A DNA stretch of 64,000 bases from Rhina ancylostomus (Eukaryota). Location: positions 26,725,592 to 26,789,591 of the forward strand of contig JARFYF010000053.1 of the NCBI GenBank assembly GCA_030265395.1, written 5' to 3'. The notes beneath the pieces were generated by a model, which saw only the letters and a program-made list of their open reading frames with translations, was not told the DNA's origin and made no database searches. The translations under genes and the position numbers were made by a program. Positions 38,151 to 52,191 of the stretch are shown piece by piece (position 1 is the first letter of the stretch; each line of letters starts with the position of its first letter).

Positions 38151-41100
38151 GACTTCTGTTAAATGAATAAACACACAAAGACCACAGATCCCAACCCTGG
38201 GAGAAACTTAACATCTCTCCAATTTAAATGCAGCATGTCATTATTCTGGTCCAGAGTTGGAGAACAAATCTGAAATATCATTTTGATTTTCACACATCAG
38301 TTGCTGATGTTTGACTTCTCATCCCTTTCCAGTAACTTAAGTTTGAATGCCACGTATCATATTAATATTTATTTTGTTCAGTACTGAAATGTAAAATTCT
38401 GGCCATTAACACTGGAAATCAGAATTTATGCACAATTTATGTATGTATAATATTCACAGAAGAAACTCTTTCAAATGCAAAAGCACTTTTATTCAATTGC
38501 CTCCAAACTAGTCATATCTAATAGTATGTATCCAATGTGCTTCTGTCCAATTTCTGAATTTAAATCACTTTAAAATGGTCAGTGTTCAAATAATTAAGTT
38601 GTAACTTCATTTATTTAGTTTTGACTGAACAACAGTAAACCCTGGATGTAACAAACCACATAAAAACCAAAAACCTGGAAATTGAAAGCAAAAGAAATTC
38701 TGGAAGCACTATGTAGATCAGGCAGTATCTTTAGAAAGAGAAACAGAGTTAATATTTCAGGGCAAAGACACTTCTGATAAGGAGTCTTTCCTGCATTTTA
38801 TTTTTATTATGTAACACACTATACCTGTTGTGTCACCAGATAATTCATGTAACTCTTAGCTCTTGTAATGAGAATGCTGAAGCAAATAAGTCAATGCATT
38901 TAATGGACAAGTATTCAATGTGACAAAAGTGTATCTTCATTTTTATTGGAAATCGAATTTTATGGTCACTCTCAAGGATGATAGGTTGAAGACTGAGATG
39001 TTCATCAACTTTTGTTACCTGCTGTTATTAGCAAATTCCAGGCACTGAGAAAACACAACACAGAATCAGCAAAGAGCACCTTAGTTCTTAGAGGAACAAC
39101 CACCACTGGATTCATTATATTTGTAAAGAACTTAAGATCGGTGATTGCGGACACTTTTGCATTAGAACTCACCCAAGTCAAAGGTAAATATGTTTCTGAA
39201 ATCTTAGAATTATTGATCTAAGATAGATTCAAGACCAGATCCATGAAGTAAGAGTTTAGATTTATTGAGCCAGCTAGTCCAATAAAAATAATTAAACAAT
39301 GCAGTTACATTGGCTGCTACTATGAACAGCACTGGACTGCACACAGAAATATCCACCATGATACCATTGTATGAAGTTTAATGTTATAGTCTTCAAACCA
39401 GGATGATTCCTTTACTTCTGGCAGTCCAGCCACCTTCAATGGTGCATTTCAAAGAAGGTGGGGTTTTCTTGAAAAGGTAGATGTACAGGTTAACTTCAAC
39501 TTTTCTTTGTTCAATACATGTTGCAGTGGAATTCCAATCAACAGCTGCAGCTGTACGGGGAACAAGGAGCAGAAGGATATTCTTTCCAAATCTCTGACCA
39601 CTGTTTTTGTTGGAACCTGGAACACACTGCCTGAGGTGGTGGTGGAGGCAGAGATTCTCACAACACTCCCATGAGTACATGCATTGCTCAGGTATAATGG
39701 ATTATGGACCAAGTGCTGTTAAATTGGACTAGTTTAGAAGGGTGATTAATAGTCAGCATGGACATGAAAGGGTGAAAGGCCTGTTTCTGTGCTGTATAAA
39801 TCAATGACTCAGTGACCAATTACTAGTCCTTAGTAAAGCCCATCTGATGATACACCTTCAACACTTAATAGGCTTGACTCTTGTGAGGACTTTCATCCTC
39901 TTCAAGACAAATGGAATATCAGAGGGAGTTGCTGAAACAATGAAAATCTCATAGGGAAGAAACATGGATTCCTGGTGGAAAATAGATCACGACTTTAATA
40001 GATAGATTCAATTGGGCTTCATTGTGATGTTCAGCTTGGTTGAACAGTTTTGCCCAGGTTGACTATTTGAGATTCCACTTGAAGAATGGTAATCTAACTG
40101 CAGTATCAGAGGACAATTGTCCATGTAACTAAATCCAAGGAAAGAATCAATACTTTAAGAAGAGAAGAAATGCTCTTGTTCCATTACAATAAACTGGTTG
40201 CACCAGAACTTCCACTAATTCAAGTTTTTATAAAAGGTCAAGGAGGAAGATGAACAAAAGAAAACAGGATTTGTGGCATTATTGCTGCAGTTTCAAGATT
40301 TGATTGAAATAATTCAACATTGTACACAAAAAAGTAAAAGGATGAAACAGGACACACATCATTTTTAGTATTTTTTTTATTGGCAGTGGAAAATAATTGT
40401 TTCAGTTCTAATGTCAACTGAAAGCAGGCAACAAATAATACCGTGACAAAAGAAACAAAAGGTCTGAATATACTGTACAAAACAAGAGCATTTCAAGTGC
40501 AAAGACCACAATGTTATGTTCTTGGTCAGTTACTGAAACCAGCAAATAATTACACTTAATTATTATAAGCAACAGAAAGGAAGACTCTACTGTCAGGCAC
40601 AGATGAACATGTCATTCCAAGTGTGCAGCAACTCCAGATCTAATCATCTGGTTTTTCACTGAAAATCCTATAAATTTATCCAAAATTAGTTCAGTCTTTC
40701 ATCCCCGAAATTCCCCCCAAAAATTTTGACTTTATAAGATAATGCAGGAACTATTCGTGGTACATAGAAGTGAAGTATTTAGAGCTATGCACCATCAAAC
40801 TGACTATTAATCATTTTGTATTAAATGTGGAACACATAAAGCCTTAAAACAGTATATAGATTGTAATAAGTTATGTACAGTGATGCAAAAGATATCAAAT
40901 TATTGCATGAAATAAAACAGCTGGAATTTTGCTTCTGGAAACAGAATGTTTAAGACTGCACATTCAGTTCAGGATTTTATAGATTCCAAAACAAATAGCA
41001 CTGCACTGCACAGATTAGATATTATTTGCACTTTATCAGCACCGATTACTTTAAATTGCTAATTAATCACATCAGTTCCACATTTGTTTTGGACTGTATT

Positions 41101-42294
41101 ACCAGTCTACCATAATTTTTGGAGGTTATCAATGTCATAAAATTGTAGGATTCAATATTTAGTTTATCAGTGAATACTTCATCTGCAACTCAAACATTAT
41201 GCATAATAATGAGCTCTCAGTATTACTCTGGCCTGAAACAATACTGTCTACAAATACTTGTCATTCACTGCATGCATAATTTTTTAAGATTAAATCTACA
41301 CCAAGCCCAGCTCACCATCATCTTTACAGCTCAGTGCAAGCCAATTGTTAGTCCTTCCTTCTAACAGCATAGTGTTAGATTATGTGAATTGACTCTTCAT
41401 AGCTATCAGCATTAGACAGCTCAGAGATCACAGCTGCACACTGAGACAAGTTGGCTATTGCATTAGTATTGCTCACATATAGACGATAAGGATAATTGTA
41501 TTTTGAATGGGAACTGTCGACTGATGACTGCATAACAGTTAGCCAGATATGGAAATAAATGTTTTGCTAAAGACCATAACTCAACTTACTTCACCATGAG
41601 GAGGTAACTTATGAGTTGAATTTACAAATGTTTATCCAAACACTTATTACACCTGTTCTGACATATTTAAACGTTAATCAAACCAACATCTTCCCCAGCT
41701 TCACTATTCCCCAACATTGTGTTTGTGGCTATACATATAAACACAAGGCAAAGGTGTTTTTTTAAATTGAGTTTTTAGATCAACACGTTCCTGCTTACGT
41801 AAAACCTAACATGACACACATTGCTCCTTCAAGTGAGTTAAAGGTCTAAACAGCATTGTTAAACATCAGTTTTATCATTCCACCTATTACTTTACATGCT
41901 GCAAAAGCTATAAATTGCAGATCTGCATATGTCAAATAAGTTGGTTCTCGATCTAAAACTTGCAAGGTATATCCCTTCTTTCATCCACTTTTAAAAACAT
42001 GAAAGTCAAATAGACAAGGAGGAGGACAGTGGCAGCAAGGAGCTGAAAATGTATCGTCAATGTAAGTGACTATGGAAACATGCACCCTCAAAACACTTCA
42101 ACATTGGGCATAAAAACTGAGAAAAATGTCACGTATTTTGGCCAAGCCAGTCATCGAAGGATTTATACGTGTCTTTATAAGGGTGGGACTCCCCAAGAGT
42201 CCGCTTTATGTTTTGGCTGATAAGATCAGCTACTTCAAAATAATGTGTCCTAATCTGCATCATAGCATGCTCCTCAGATGTTAATACACCTTAA

Positions 42295-42575
42295 GCACAG
42301 TAGTGTAATGGTTAGTATACTGCTATTAAAGTGCCAGGGACACAGGTTCAATTCCCACTGCTGTCTGTAAGGAGTTTGTACGTTCTCCCCACGTCTGCGT
42401 GAGTTTCCTCCGGGTGCTCCGGTTTCCTCCCACATTCCAAAGACGTACGGGTTAGGAAGTTGTGGGCCTGCTATGTTGGCACCGACACTTGTGGACTGCC
42501 CCCAGAATACTCTACACATAAGATGCATTTCACTCTGTGTTTCCATGTGCATGTGACTAACAAAGGTATCTTATA
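42295..42575 (+). mobile_element. V-SINE with a non-CR1 (Rex1-like) tail
   Basis: tRNA head (tagtgtaatggttag..ggttcaattcc), well-preserved V core ggagtttgtacgttctccccacgtctgcgtgagtttcctccgggtgctccggtttcctcccaca, and tail tttcactctgtg..atgtgactaacaaa. Confidence 0.8.
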
Positions 42576-42589
42576 ATCACATCACCTAT

Positions 42590-43090
42590 AGTCTTTCTGG
42601 AGATGGAGTCGATCTTCATACTGACACCTTCCATTGTGTTGTGTAGTAGTGCATGTGCTAAATGGGATAGACTCCGAACAGATCTGGCAGCTCAAAACTG
42701 GGTGTCCATGGGGTGCTGTGGGCCATCAGCAGTGGTAGGGATCAACACCACAACTATTTGGCCCAGTACACCCCTCACTGAATCATTATTATCAGGTGAG
42801 GACCAGTCCTCGTTCCAAGTGGAGGGCTGGCGGTCACGCTGGGAGCAACGGCAGGCACACATAAAAATGAGGTAGCAGTCTGAAGTGTTGCTCAGGATTG
42901 AACAGCAGCAGCAGACCCCACAGCCAGTGGATCAAATCAATGCCCCGCCATATCTAGCTACGGGTGATGGGGGCAACTATATATCTCGTGGGTAGAGGAG
43001 GCACCAATAACATTTCCAGCCGCAGTGGTGGACCCAGTATGTGGATGGCCAATTCAATCAGCCTCTCTGCTTCCTGTAACTGGCCACTGG
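42590..43090 (+). mobile_element. CR1-like LINE ORF2 fragment (endonuclease-RT linker)
   Basis: AKWDRLRTDLAAQNWVSMGCCGPSA..EDQSSF..EQRQAHIKMR; linker with a degenerate PWF motif. Confidence 0.6.
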
Positions 43091-43097
43091 ATTGGAA

Positions 43098-43378
43098 TCA
43101 CAAGAGGCTGCAGACGCTGGAATCTGGAGCAACCCCTCCCAGCCTCGGTCGCTAATTCCGCCCTTCCCTCCTCCACCTGCCTATCGCCCTCCTCGCCTAG
43201 ATCCACCCATCACTTGCCAGCTCTTGCCCCACCCCTTCCCCTCACCTCTTTATACTATCTCCCCTCCATCTGTCAGTCCAGATGAAGGGTTTCAATCCAA
43301 AATATCCACTGTCCATTTCCCTCCACAGATACCTCCTGACCCACTGAGTTCCTCCAGCTTCTCGTTTGTAGCTCCATA
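43098..43378. mobile_element. Penelope-like element with partial left arm and complete right arm
   Basis: cacaagaggctgcagacgctggaatctggagcaac ... cagtccagatgaagggtttcaatccaaaa ... ctgagttcctccagc..tttgtagctcca; same family as 4885-5600. Confidence 0.7.
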
Positions 43379-45739
43379 CTTGCTTGTCAGGTTGCCTGAA
43401 TTTAGCACCAAGGGGAAAATCAAGCAGTGAGGATTGCATGCTTTTGAAGGAGCTTACCCAATTTTCTATACATACAATACATTTTTTGGCTAACTTTCCT
43501 GTAGACACTGCTTTATGTGGAATAATAAGGCACTCTGCATCCCTGTTGCACAATCAGTCAGCAGAGATCAGGAAATTATACATAATAGAAGTCTCATTCA
43601 TCCATTGACACCCCTTCTTGCTTCTTTGTTTCCTAGTCTGCCTGTGAATCAATTGTAAAATGATTACATTCATGATGAGATCTCTCCACATTTCTTTTAG
43701 CCTTAGAACTCTATGTGCATTGCCCAGTTCTGACACCCCACCATTGGCAGCTGAACCCACAGTATATCCATCTCAGCCCTGGAACCTGGAATTCCTTTGC
43801 TAAACCTTTTTTCTCCTTTAAAGCTGTCATTAACACCCATCATCTTAACCAATCTTATGATCGCCCTATTCTCCTGAGAAGTTTTTTTGCAATGTTTTTT
43901 TATGTTGAATGGGTTGTATGAATACCAGTTGTTCTAAATTAATCACAGCATCATTGATGGGGAATAATGTCTGTTTTCCCAGAAATAAACCAGTCAATGT
44001 TTTCATTAAGTGAGTTCTAAGCCAGAATTATACATGAATTCAGACCCTGTTGTGTCAAAAGCTGTCTTAAAAGTGTAGCAGGCCCTTAGCAAGTAACACT
44101 GTTTTGCTATGCTCCCAATGAGTTAATGCATTGTAATAATGTCTTGTTTTTATTTCTGGAAAGGGAAACATAGGCTTGTTGTGGAATCCAGGAATAGATG
44201 ACTAGCCAGGTCTTTTGGGTGTGAAGACAGGAAACGCTTCGATGTGCAAAGAGTGGAGAGTATGAAAACTAATCACAAACAGCAGTTGATACTAGGTCAA
44301 ATGCCCAAGAAACTCACTGTAGGAAGTCTAGCCATGCAAGTGCATATACTCTTCTAATGATATGTGTGCTGATAACTGCCAGGTACCTCCTTGGATCTGA
44401 AAACTGCCAGTCCATTCCTTAATGTTTTGAAATTTTCAGGGAGATCTTAATTTTAATTTTACTTTTTTCTTATTTTTTGTTTTCCTTTCTGAGGCACTCT
44501 CAGGTCTTTCAACAGGGTATCAGCAAGCATGTTTAGCAAATTGATCCACAGGGCATTTTTGATCTGGAGGACATAGGGGACAGTCATTTGTATTACGAGT
44601 TGTCTGCAGCAAAAATCTGCTTCATTGCTTTTTTATTGGAGGTTTACAGGAATATATAAAGACTTGTTGGGGAGGACATCATTTGGGCTGAGAACAGGAG
44701 GAGAGCAGGCATGGTGCTTAGGTTGTCTCGAGTTTATCTTAAACTTGGATTGAAGAGATTGTAACTACAGGGGATTTGGGATATAAAAAAATCCAATTGT
44801 GTCACTCCAAGGTGACATGCAGGGAGAATGATATCAGAGCATGTAAGTTCAAACAAAATCCTGCAGAGGCAGGCAAAAGAGCAGAATCAAAAGCCCAGGA
44901 TTGGCACACTATTTTTCAAATGTAACCTAAAATGTAAAATCCTTTTGTTCCAATATTCTGTATTGCAGGTTTAGGTTAATACATTTCTCCTTAAGATAAG
45001 GATACTGGTTCTAGGACTAGAAGTCTTTTTATTATCAGGAATATGCATTTGACAAGGCAGCTGCAGAATAAAGCTCCCTCAGTACCGTCTGACAGTATGG
45101 TTTAGCTACGAATACCAGAGTGATATTTCATTCCATTTGCAACATCCATCATGCCACAAGATTACCAATTAGTGCTGAAGTGGGAAGCAATTATTACTGT
45201 AGGCCCATGTTCATTAGAAATTCAATTAAGAGTGTTCAAATATATTTTTCAACCAAGCATTAGTTCAACATTTTTTATATTGCAGTGTTTGAATGTGTAT
45301 TTCCATGTATTTCAAATGGTCATTAATGTACATGTGGCATTACTACCAAAATGCTGGTTTCCCTCCGAACTGTTCATACGATACATGAAAGAAAATTGTA
45401 AATATTGTCCAGTGGTAGAGAATGTATCTCAAAAGATTCATTGATTTAGTATTACAGCAGCTTTCAAGTTGACTGCTAAGAGCTTATTTCATAAGACTTT
45501 ACTGCAGGCACAAAGGTCACTTCCGAGAATCAATAAATCAGTGTTAGAGGATGTTTTTGAAATCACACGCTTGATTTTGTGTATCAAAGTTCTTCCTTGT
45601 AATGGAGCAGAAATTGAGAAAGTGAAAACTGTGCATCTCAAGGCACGTCTTTGTGGTCGATCTTGCATGGTGCTTATTTGTAAATTCTTTTTGATCATGT
45701 GATAATACAAATAACTCACATTGTGATTTAGACATATAC

Positions 45740-46400
45740 AAAGATCACAGGAGGCAACCATATGGCCCCTTTCACCATTCAATAAAATCATGGCTGATCC
45801 AATCACAGCCCCGGCTCCATTTTCATTCCCAATCCCCATTATTCGTGATTCCCTTGTAGACCAAACATTTTTCTGTCTCAGCCTTGAATATACTTAATGA
45901 CTCAATATCCACAGCTTCCCAGGTTAAGGATTCCAAAGATTTGCTACCCTCTGAATAAAGAACTTCATCTCCATCACAGTTGTATGTGCCTTGACCCATT
46001 ATCCTTGGACTGTGGCCCTCCTTCTCGACTCCCCCATCAGGGGAAACACTCAGACAAAATTTATCCTTGTCAAGCCCATCAACAATCTTTTGTTTCAGTG
46101 AGTTAGTTCCTCTCGCATTCTTCTACATTCCAGGCATTTTGCTCAATCTTTCTTCAGAAGATAGTATGCTCATCCTTAAAGTTAGTGAGCCCTTGCTGCA
46201 CCATCTCCCAGGCAAGTCTATTCTTCTCTAAGGAATGAAACTAAAACTGTAAGAAGTACTCCATGTTGTATTACCAAAACCTTGCATGTTGTAAGCAAGG
46301 CTTCCTTTCCTTCTGCCCCATTGTCCTTGAAGTAAAGATCAGCATTCCATTTGCTGCCTTAATTGTTTGCTGTACCTGAATACCAGTTCTTTCTCATTAG
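45740..46400 (-). mobile_element. CR1 LINE 3' fragment
   Basis: Reverse CR1 tail (caggaggcaaccat..gcccct..ccattcaataaaatcatggctgatc) and ORF2 C-terminal remnants. Confidence 0.7.
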
Positions 46401-48159
46401 CCTGGTACCCCAGCCTTGTGTTTATGTTGCCAGTATTTAGAGAAAGTATTGACACAAGAATATGGTAAAGAGATACGGTTCATTGTAATTTTAAATCTTC
46501 ACTTAGGCCACAGGCTTCATGAAGGCCCAAACAAATGTAAACTCCAGTAAGTCAAGCATTACGTCATCAGTTCAGTGGAAATTAGTGTAAAACTGTGTAT
46601 CGCAATGATTATTTTCAAGTTAATTTGGATTTTGATTACAAGTGTTGAGTATGAATTGTAAATGGACATTTATAACCATTCCCTTAGTTAACTGATTTCA
46701 TATCAGTTTTGAGTGAGTTAAAAACTTTCACTTTTATATCAATTATCAATTACGTTGTATGTATAAGGCTAGTGTTGCTTTAATCAGGGTAGAATTACGA
46801 AGTAACAGGCCGTTCTACGTAATTGGTGCATCCAGACTAATCTGAATCTTATTTAATCTAAACCTACTGTATCTCTTCTTCATGTGCTTATACGGTTTTT
46901 CCTTAAATGCTCTTTGCCTCATTTGATTTGTTTTTCCTTATTTTATTTATTTCAGAGTTTCATACTTTAGATCTCTAGCTTTGAACTCATCCACCAGTAG
47001 AAATATTTCCTCTATGTCTACCCCAGTAAAACTCTTCCATAATTTAAAATGCCCTCTCAACCTTCTGTTTTCTAGACAAAAGATAAGCAGTAAATTCAAT
47101 CTTTTCACCTCAGCTCTTGTTTGGTGTCACTTTCCAATTAATTCTGTGGAAAATAAGGGCTGAAAATTTGCATGTGCCTTAAGTGGGTGCAGGGGGGTGT
47201 ATGGTGGTGGGTGCAAGTGAGAAATATATGTGATTCCAGTGAACAAGTTCTGGGACCTCATTGCAACTTGCAGTCTACGATAATGTTTCATTCATTCATT
47301 TGCTGCATACCGATTTTGGCTGGGCTGGGGCAATGAGGTGGGGCAGGGGTATGGGCAGCAGGAACCTCTTAAAGGGGCAAGGATGTTCTGGTTGCAGAAA
47401 ATGGAAAACTGCTGAAGAAAGAACTGTCTGGAAGAAGTGTTGATACGGCACTCGGTTTGTCGAGTGCTGGTTTGGAGGACTTGGCCCGTATAGTGCACAA
47501 GAGGAAGCTNNNNNNNNNNNNNNNNNNNNNNNNNNNNNNNNNNNNNNNNNNNNNNNNNNNNNNNNNNNNNNNNNNNNNNNNNNNNNNNNNNNNNNNNNNN
47601 NNNNNNNNNTAGTAAAATAGATGGCGTACAAGCATTCAATGATGAATCCCAGGAATACAGATGTTTTAAACTTACGTTTATAATTTAAATACACATCCAC
47701 CTGATTCAAAGGTAAGTGGACAACATTTTCTTTCTAGAGATCAAATTCCATGAATGTTCAACTATTTATAGTGTATTTATTTAACATCACACTCCCTCCT
47801 CATCCTAGCCCGACCTCTGTTTATGTTAAATTAAAAAAAGAACAAGTAGATATGTGTCAACCAGGATCTGTACTATCACCACAGCACACTCAGAAGATAT
47901 GTTCATTGTCAAAAAACAGGCAATAAGTTACAGAATACTGTACAGTCAAATGATATCATTCACTGATCTCTTCATATGCAGGAATTTCTTTTTCTTTGAA
48001 TTAGTACATTTGGTAAAAAGACAATTACCATATGACAAGGCAAACTTGGTATAAATAAAGTGTAAAATCAAGGACTGAGTACCAGAAAGAAAAGGGCAGG
48101 GATGATCTGGGGCGAAGTGATGAGAGAAAGAGAGCATTAAATAGAAGTATTAGATAGAA

Positions 48160-51068
48160 TGGGGATTTTATTACAGAAATGAAAGAAAGGCGCTTTATTT
48201 TTTTCAAATGTATGATTAAATATGGTCATAATTTATGGAGAAGAGTATGAAGCAAGTTCACATTAAATGATGTATTGTGTAATCAAAGAGATTTTAAACT
48301 GAATTATGGTATATGTATGTTAGTAGGTGAGGTTGTGAGCAGTGTTGTCAGATGGAACAAAATTGGACTTTGGTGAGACACAACAGACCCACTCCAGTTT
48401 TTCTGGTTAACTGCTTAAAACTTTGATCAACATGCTTCCTGAGCTGTTTATTCATAATCCACCTACCTGAAAAGATTATATTTTAACAAAAATGTTGCAA
48501 TGTTGTACTTCAAACAAAAGCAGCTGGGTGAATTGTACTGAATTGCCACAAGAAACCAAGTATCTCTTAAAATTAGTGTGCCTGTTAATAAAACAAGTAT
48601 TATGTAAACTCAATGCGCTGCGTTGACAATAAATTTGATTAATTTGAGCACAGATACTTCTCAAAGATTGCCCATATATTCAGAGGGAAAATGTTTAAAA
48701 ACAAACACCATATTCAATTAACATAAAATAACATGTATTTTCATATATTTTACTAGAACATTCAAATCTAGCTATTAAATTATTTTGAGTACGAAATATG
48801 GAGGAAAAAAGTTATTCAATGCTTTCCAATAATTAGAATAAGTTATTTTTAGGCATTTTATTAAGTATGCTTTCCCTCCTGAACTGAGAAAGGAATTGGA
48901 GACCATTTTCAAATTTACTAGACAGCCGAAAATTGGATTTAGAAGATTCTGATGACATTGTCCAAAATGCATTGGATAGATTCAATAAAACTTTGGGTTA
49001 CAATATCACAGCTGTTACTAAGATAAGTATTTATGACTTCCTATTCTTTTTGGACTTCAATATATAATGTCCTTCACAGGCTGAAAATTATAACCAGAGC
49101 TTGGTGTCAGATCATTCTGTGGTCCTGTACATTCTCCGCACGTCACCTAATGCTGAACTCATTAAATAGGAAGAAGTTGTTACTTTATTTTTGCGGCACT
49201 TGGGAATTAAAATGCAAAAATGAGTACAATTAATTATTGTACTTGTAAAACACTCATGTCTGAGAAACATTTTTGACTACTTTCCACAAAGCACTGAGTT
49301 AAAAAGATGTACACTTCAACAGCTTTGAAGGACTGTATATAATATATATATATTTATCAATTTATTAAAATGAATTTTATAAAATAGGATTAACATTTTG
49401 TTAACCTTCATAAAAGTTATCCACGGTCAACAATTTTCAAGGGATAGTCACAAAGACTCATGGAACAGAAAGTGCCAGTGCTTAGCCACTTTAAAGGAGC
49501 ATGTCTAAATTCCTCCTGAAATATCTGGTAAGGTAAAGTGTTACTTTGTTTTCCTACTTTGGGAAATCGTTTCCCTGTGTCCCAGGTAGTCTGGGTGTAA
49601 TCTGTTTAACAGCACTCATCTGTCACATTTCATCAATTATTAGATCTGTTATATCCACTTCAAATAGGGAAAAAGACAAAAAGCTTTGATTCTGGTTTTA
49701 GAAGTATATATTTAAAAGTGGGAATCACAACAGGAAATACTTAGTTTAAACAATACAAGGCATCTTTTGATAAAATGCTAATAATTTTCCTTTGATCCTA
49801 AACTTTCTCAATATTTGAAGGCTTTGCAGTAGAAACCACCCATTTCAAAATATTGCGAATTGTTGAATTAACATCAGAGCTTATTGTTGTATCTGAAATC
49901 AGAATGATCAGCACTAGAGGTTAAAAACGTGCGAATGCTGTGCTGCTTTGCTGCCTCGTAAGTAATATTCTAAAAAGGATCCTTTGCAATCAGGTCTGTA
50001 CATTCAATAATGAATGAGGGGAAATAAGGAAGAGAGAAAACTATTCAAATCTGCAGTTTAAGAAAGTAAATTGCAATGAATGCAGCAAATAATGTGCAAG
50101 ACTCAGANNNNNNNNNNNNNNNNNNNNNNNNNNNNNNNNNNNNNNNNNNNNNNNNNNNNNNNNNNNNNNNNNNNNNNNNNNNNNNNNNNNNNNNNNNNNN
50201 NNNNNNNCAGAAGTCCTAAAAACAAAGGAAAAAAACCTTGAGTAACCAACTACAAGGCTAATTTGAAAACCAGCTGTATTCATACCAGGAGTCAGAAAAT
50301 ATGTTTTTCAATGATCAGTGGAACAAGAGACTTTGGGAGCTGGAACTGCTGCCAATTGGAAAATCAATGCATTACTTATAGGAGGACTCAGTTTAACAGT
50401 TGCCATTTCCACAATATATGAAAAATAATGAATAAAGCTATCCAGTCATCATATCATGTGCTACAATTGGCATGGTAGACACATATTTGCACACATGATT
50501 CGTTGAAAATGAACAAATGCTCATCAAATGGAACAAGATGTCCTTGAAATATAACAGCAAGATAAAAATGGCAGCAACATCAATAATTAAGACAGCATTT
50601 AGGTTGAATCGATATTCTTCAAATTCCATTAAATTATCTAAAAAATGCTGTTACAGTCAGCCATATTTATATACATTTACATAAAAAAACTTGCATTACT
50701 TCATGGCCATACGTTTACATACAGCAGATTATGATACACTTGAAAAAAAATACTACAACCAATGAAACTACAACTGTACTTGAGGTTAAAAGTTGACAGA
50801 ATTACTACATACTGTACTTGGATTATAACAATATTACAGTGAAACATCTCAAAAATGAAACCCTAAAATTCTCTACCAGCATTGTAAAGGATAATCCAAT
50901 AAAGAAAGTCATTACTAGATAAATTAAATGATAGTGTAAGTATTCTGTTGAACGTAAGTAAAACTATTGCCCATTTATATTCAACATACATTCAAACCAT
51001 CTATGCCTTTCTAAGTTTTGTGCAACAGCATTTGACCTCCATTGTTGATCTCACAGAGATGTAGTGGA
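48160..51068 (-). other. Probable long AU-rich PPFIA4 3'UTR; end uncertain
   Basis: Repeat-poor AT-rich stretch after the terminal stop. Minus-strand AATAAA candidates at 49361-49366, 48194-48199 and 48167-48172. Pumilio-type UGUAUAUA at 50668-50675. Confidence 0.5.
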
Positions 51069-51118
51069 TTATTCCCGAAAGGCAGCGAGCATATGTCCAT
51101 ACAAGTAGTGGGAATGCA
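51069..51118 (-). CDS. PPFIA4: Liprin-alpha-4 terminal exon, alternative C-terminus (coding only when the VRTYSC exon is skipped)
   Basis: ttgtttcctccag|(V)HSHYLYGHMLAAFRE*, in frame with the phase-1 end of exon 54281-54455. Closely matches the human PPFIA4 end as I recall it (AHSHYLYGHMLSAFRD), which supports the alpha-4 paralog call. Confidence 0.9.
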
Positions 51119-52191
51119 CTGGAGGAAACAAGTGATCAATCATTAATTATATTCTTTCACATCAGGCCTTCTCCTTTCCCCACCTGAAGGTGTTATTCCT
51201 TACTAGAAGATGTTTTACCACAGCAGTCTCCTATGCTTTTCTCAGATGGCCATGCTACCTTGACATAAAAACATTTGGAGTTTATTCAGTAGTTGCAGGC
51301 TTGCTCAGTTCTGCTCTNNNNNNNNNNAGCACCTCACCAAAGGTCAAAATGCTACAAACAAAATAAACAACACACGATATCTATGCTCTTCTTTTATGGG
51401 CAAGAGGGATAGGATGGACCCGGTCAAAAAAAAATTATACATCAACTTCAAATAAAATTCAATTTAATGTTGAAACATTAAAGTCATTAGGAGGTCTAAT
51501 TCATGCTTACTGGTGGAGTTGCAAACCAGTAAACTAGTGGTGCTTTTTAATCGGTCATAGCAAAAGAACTTCAGCTCTCTAAGCTTGTCCAAATAACAAA
51601 TTTGAAAGAGTGCAATAGATCAGCATACACAATCTCATTCTAGCAAATTCAGACACTGCCAGACAAAATGGGTGGGTCAAGGAGATGGACTGGTAGGAAA
51701 GAATGGGAGAGGATCTGTAATCCTGATGGTGTACGAGAGACAGGTTTACAGTATATGTTACTCATTGGATACTTATTCAGTTCAGTCTGTGGCCCAGTGT
51801 AATTCCAGATTTATCCTCAAGTGAGAGTTACAATGGCTCCACCACACTAAATGGCCCATGCTAGTTGCATTGCAAGCCTAATTTTTTTCAATTACATATG
51901 GATAAAGTCAAGAAGATTAAAAATAACATATTTAGAGCTGGAAAGAGGCAGCTCTGTGACAACCCTTACAATATCATTCCCACACGTTCAATTTGAAGAT
52001 AAGGATTATCTTTCTGGAACAAAAATTCTGCCACAAATTCTACCTGTAACTGCATTTAACTTTCCATGTAACTTTCCATGCACTGCACCGAAGTTCCCTT
52101 ACTTCATTGTTTTATCCTATAGAAATGGGAAACAAAGAGAAAGTTACGTACTCACCGGTAATCACCGCTGACTCCCTGACTGATCTAGATG

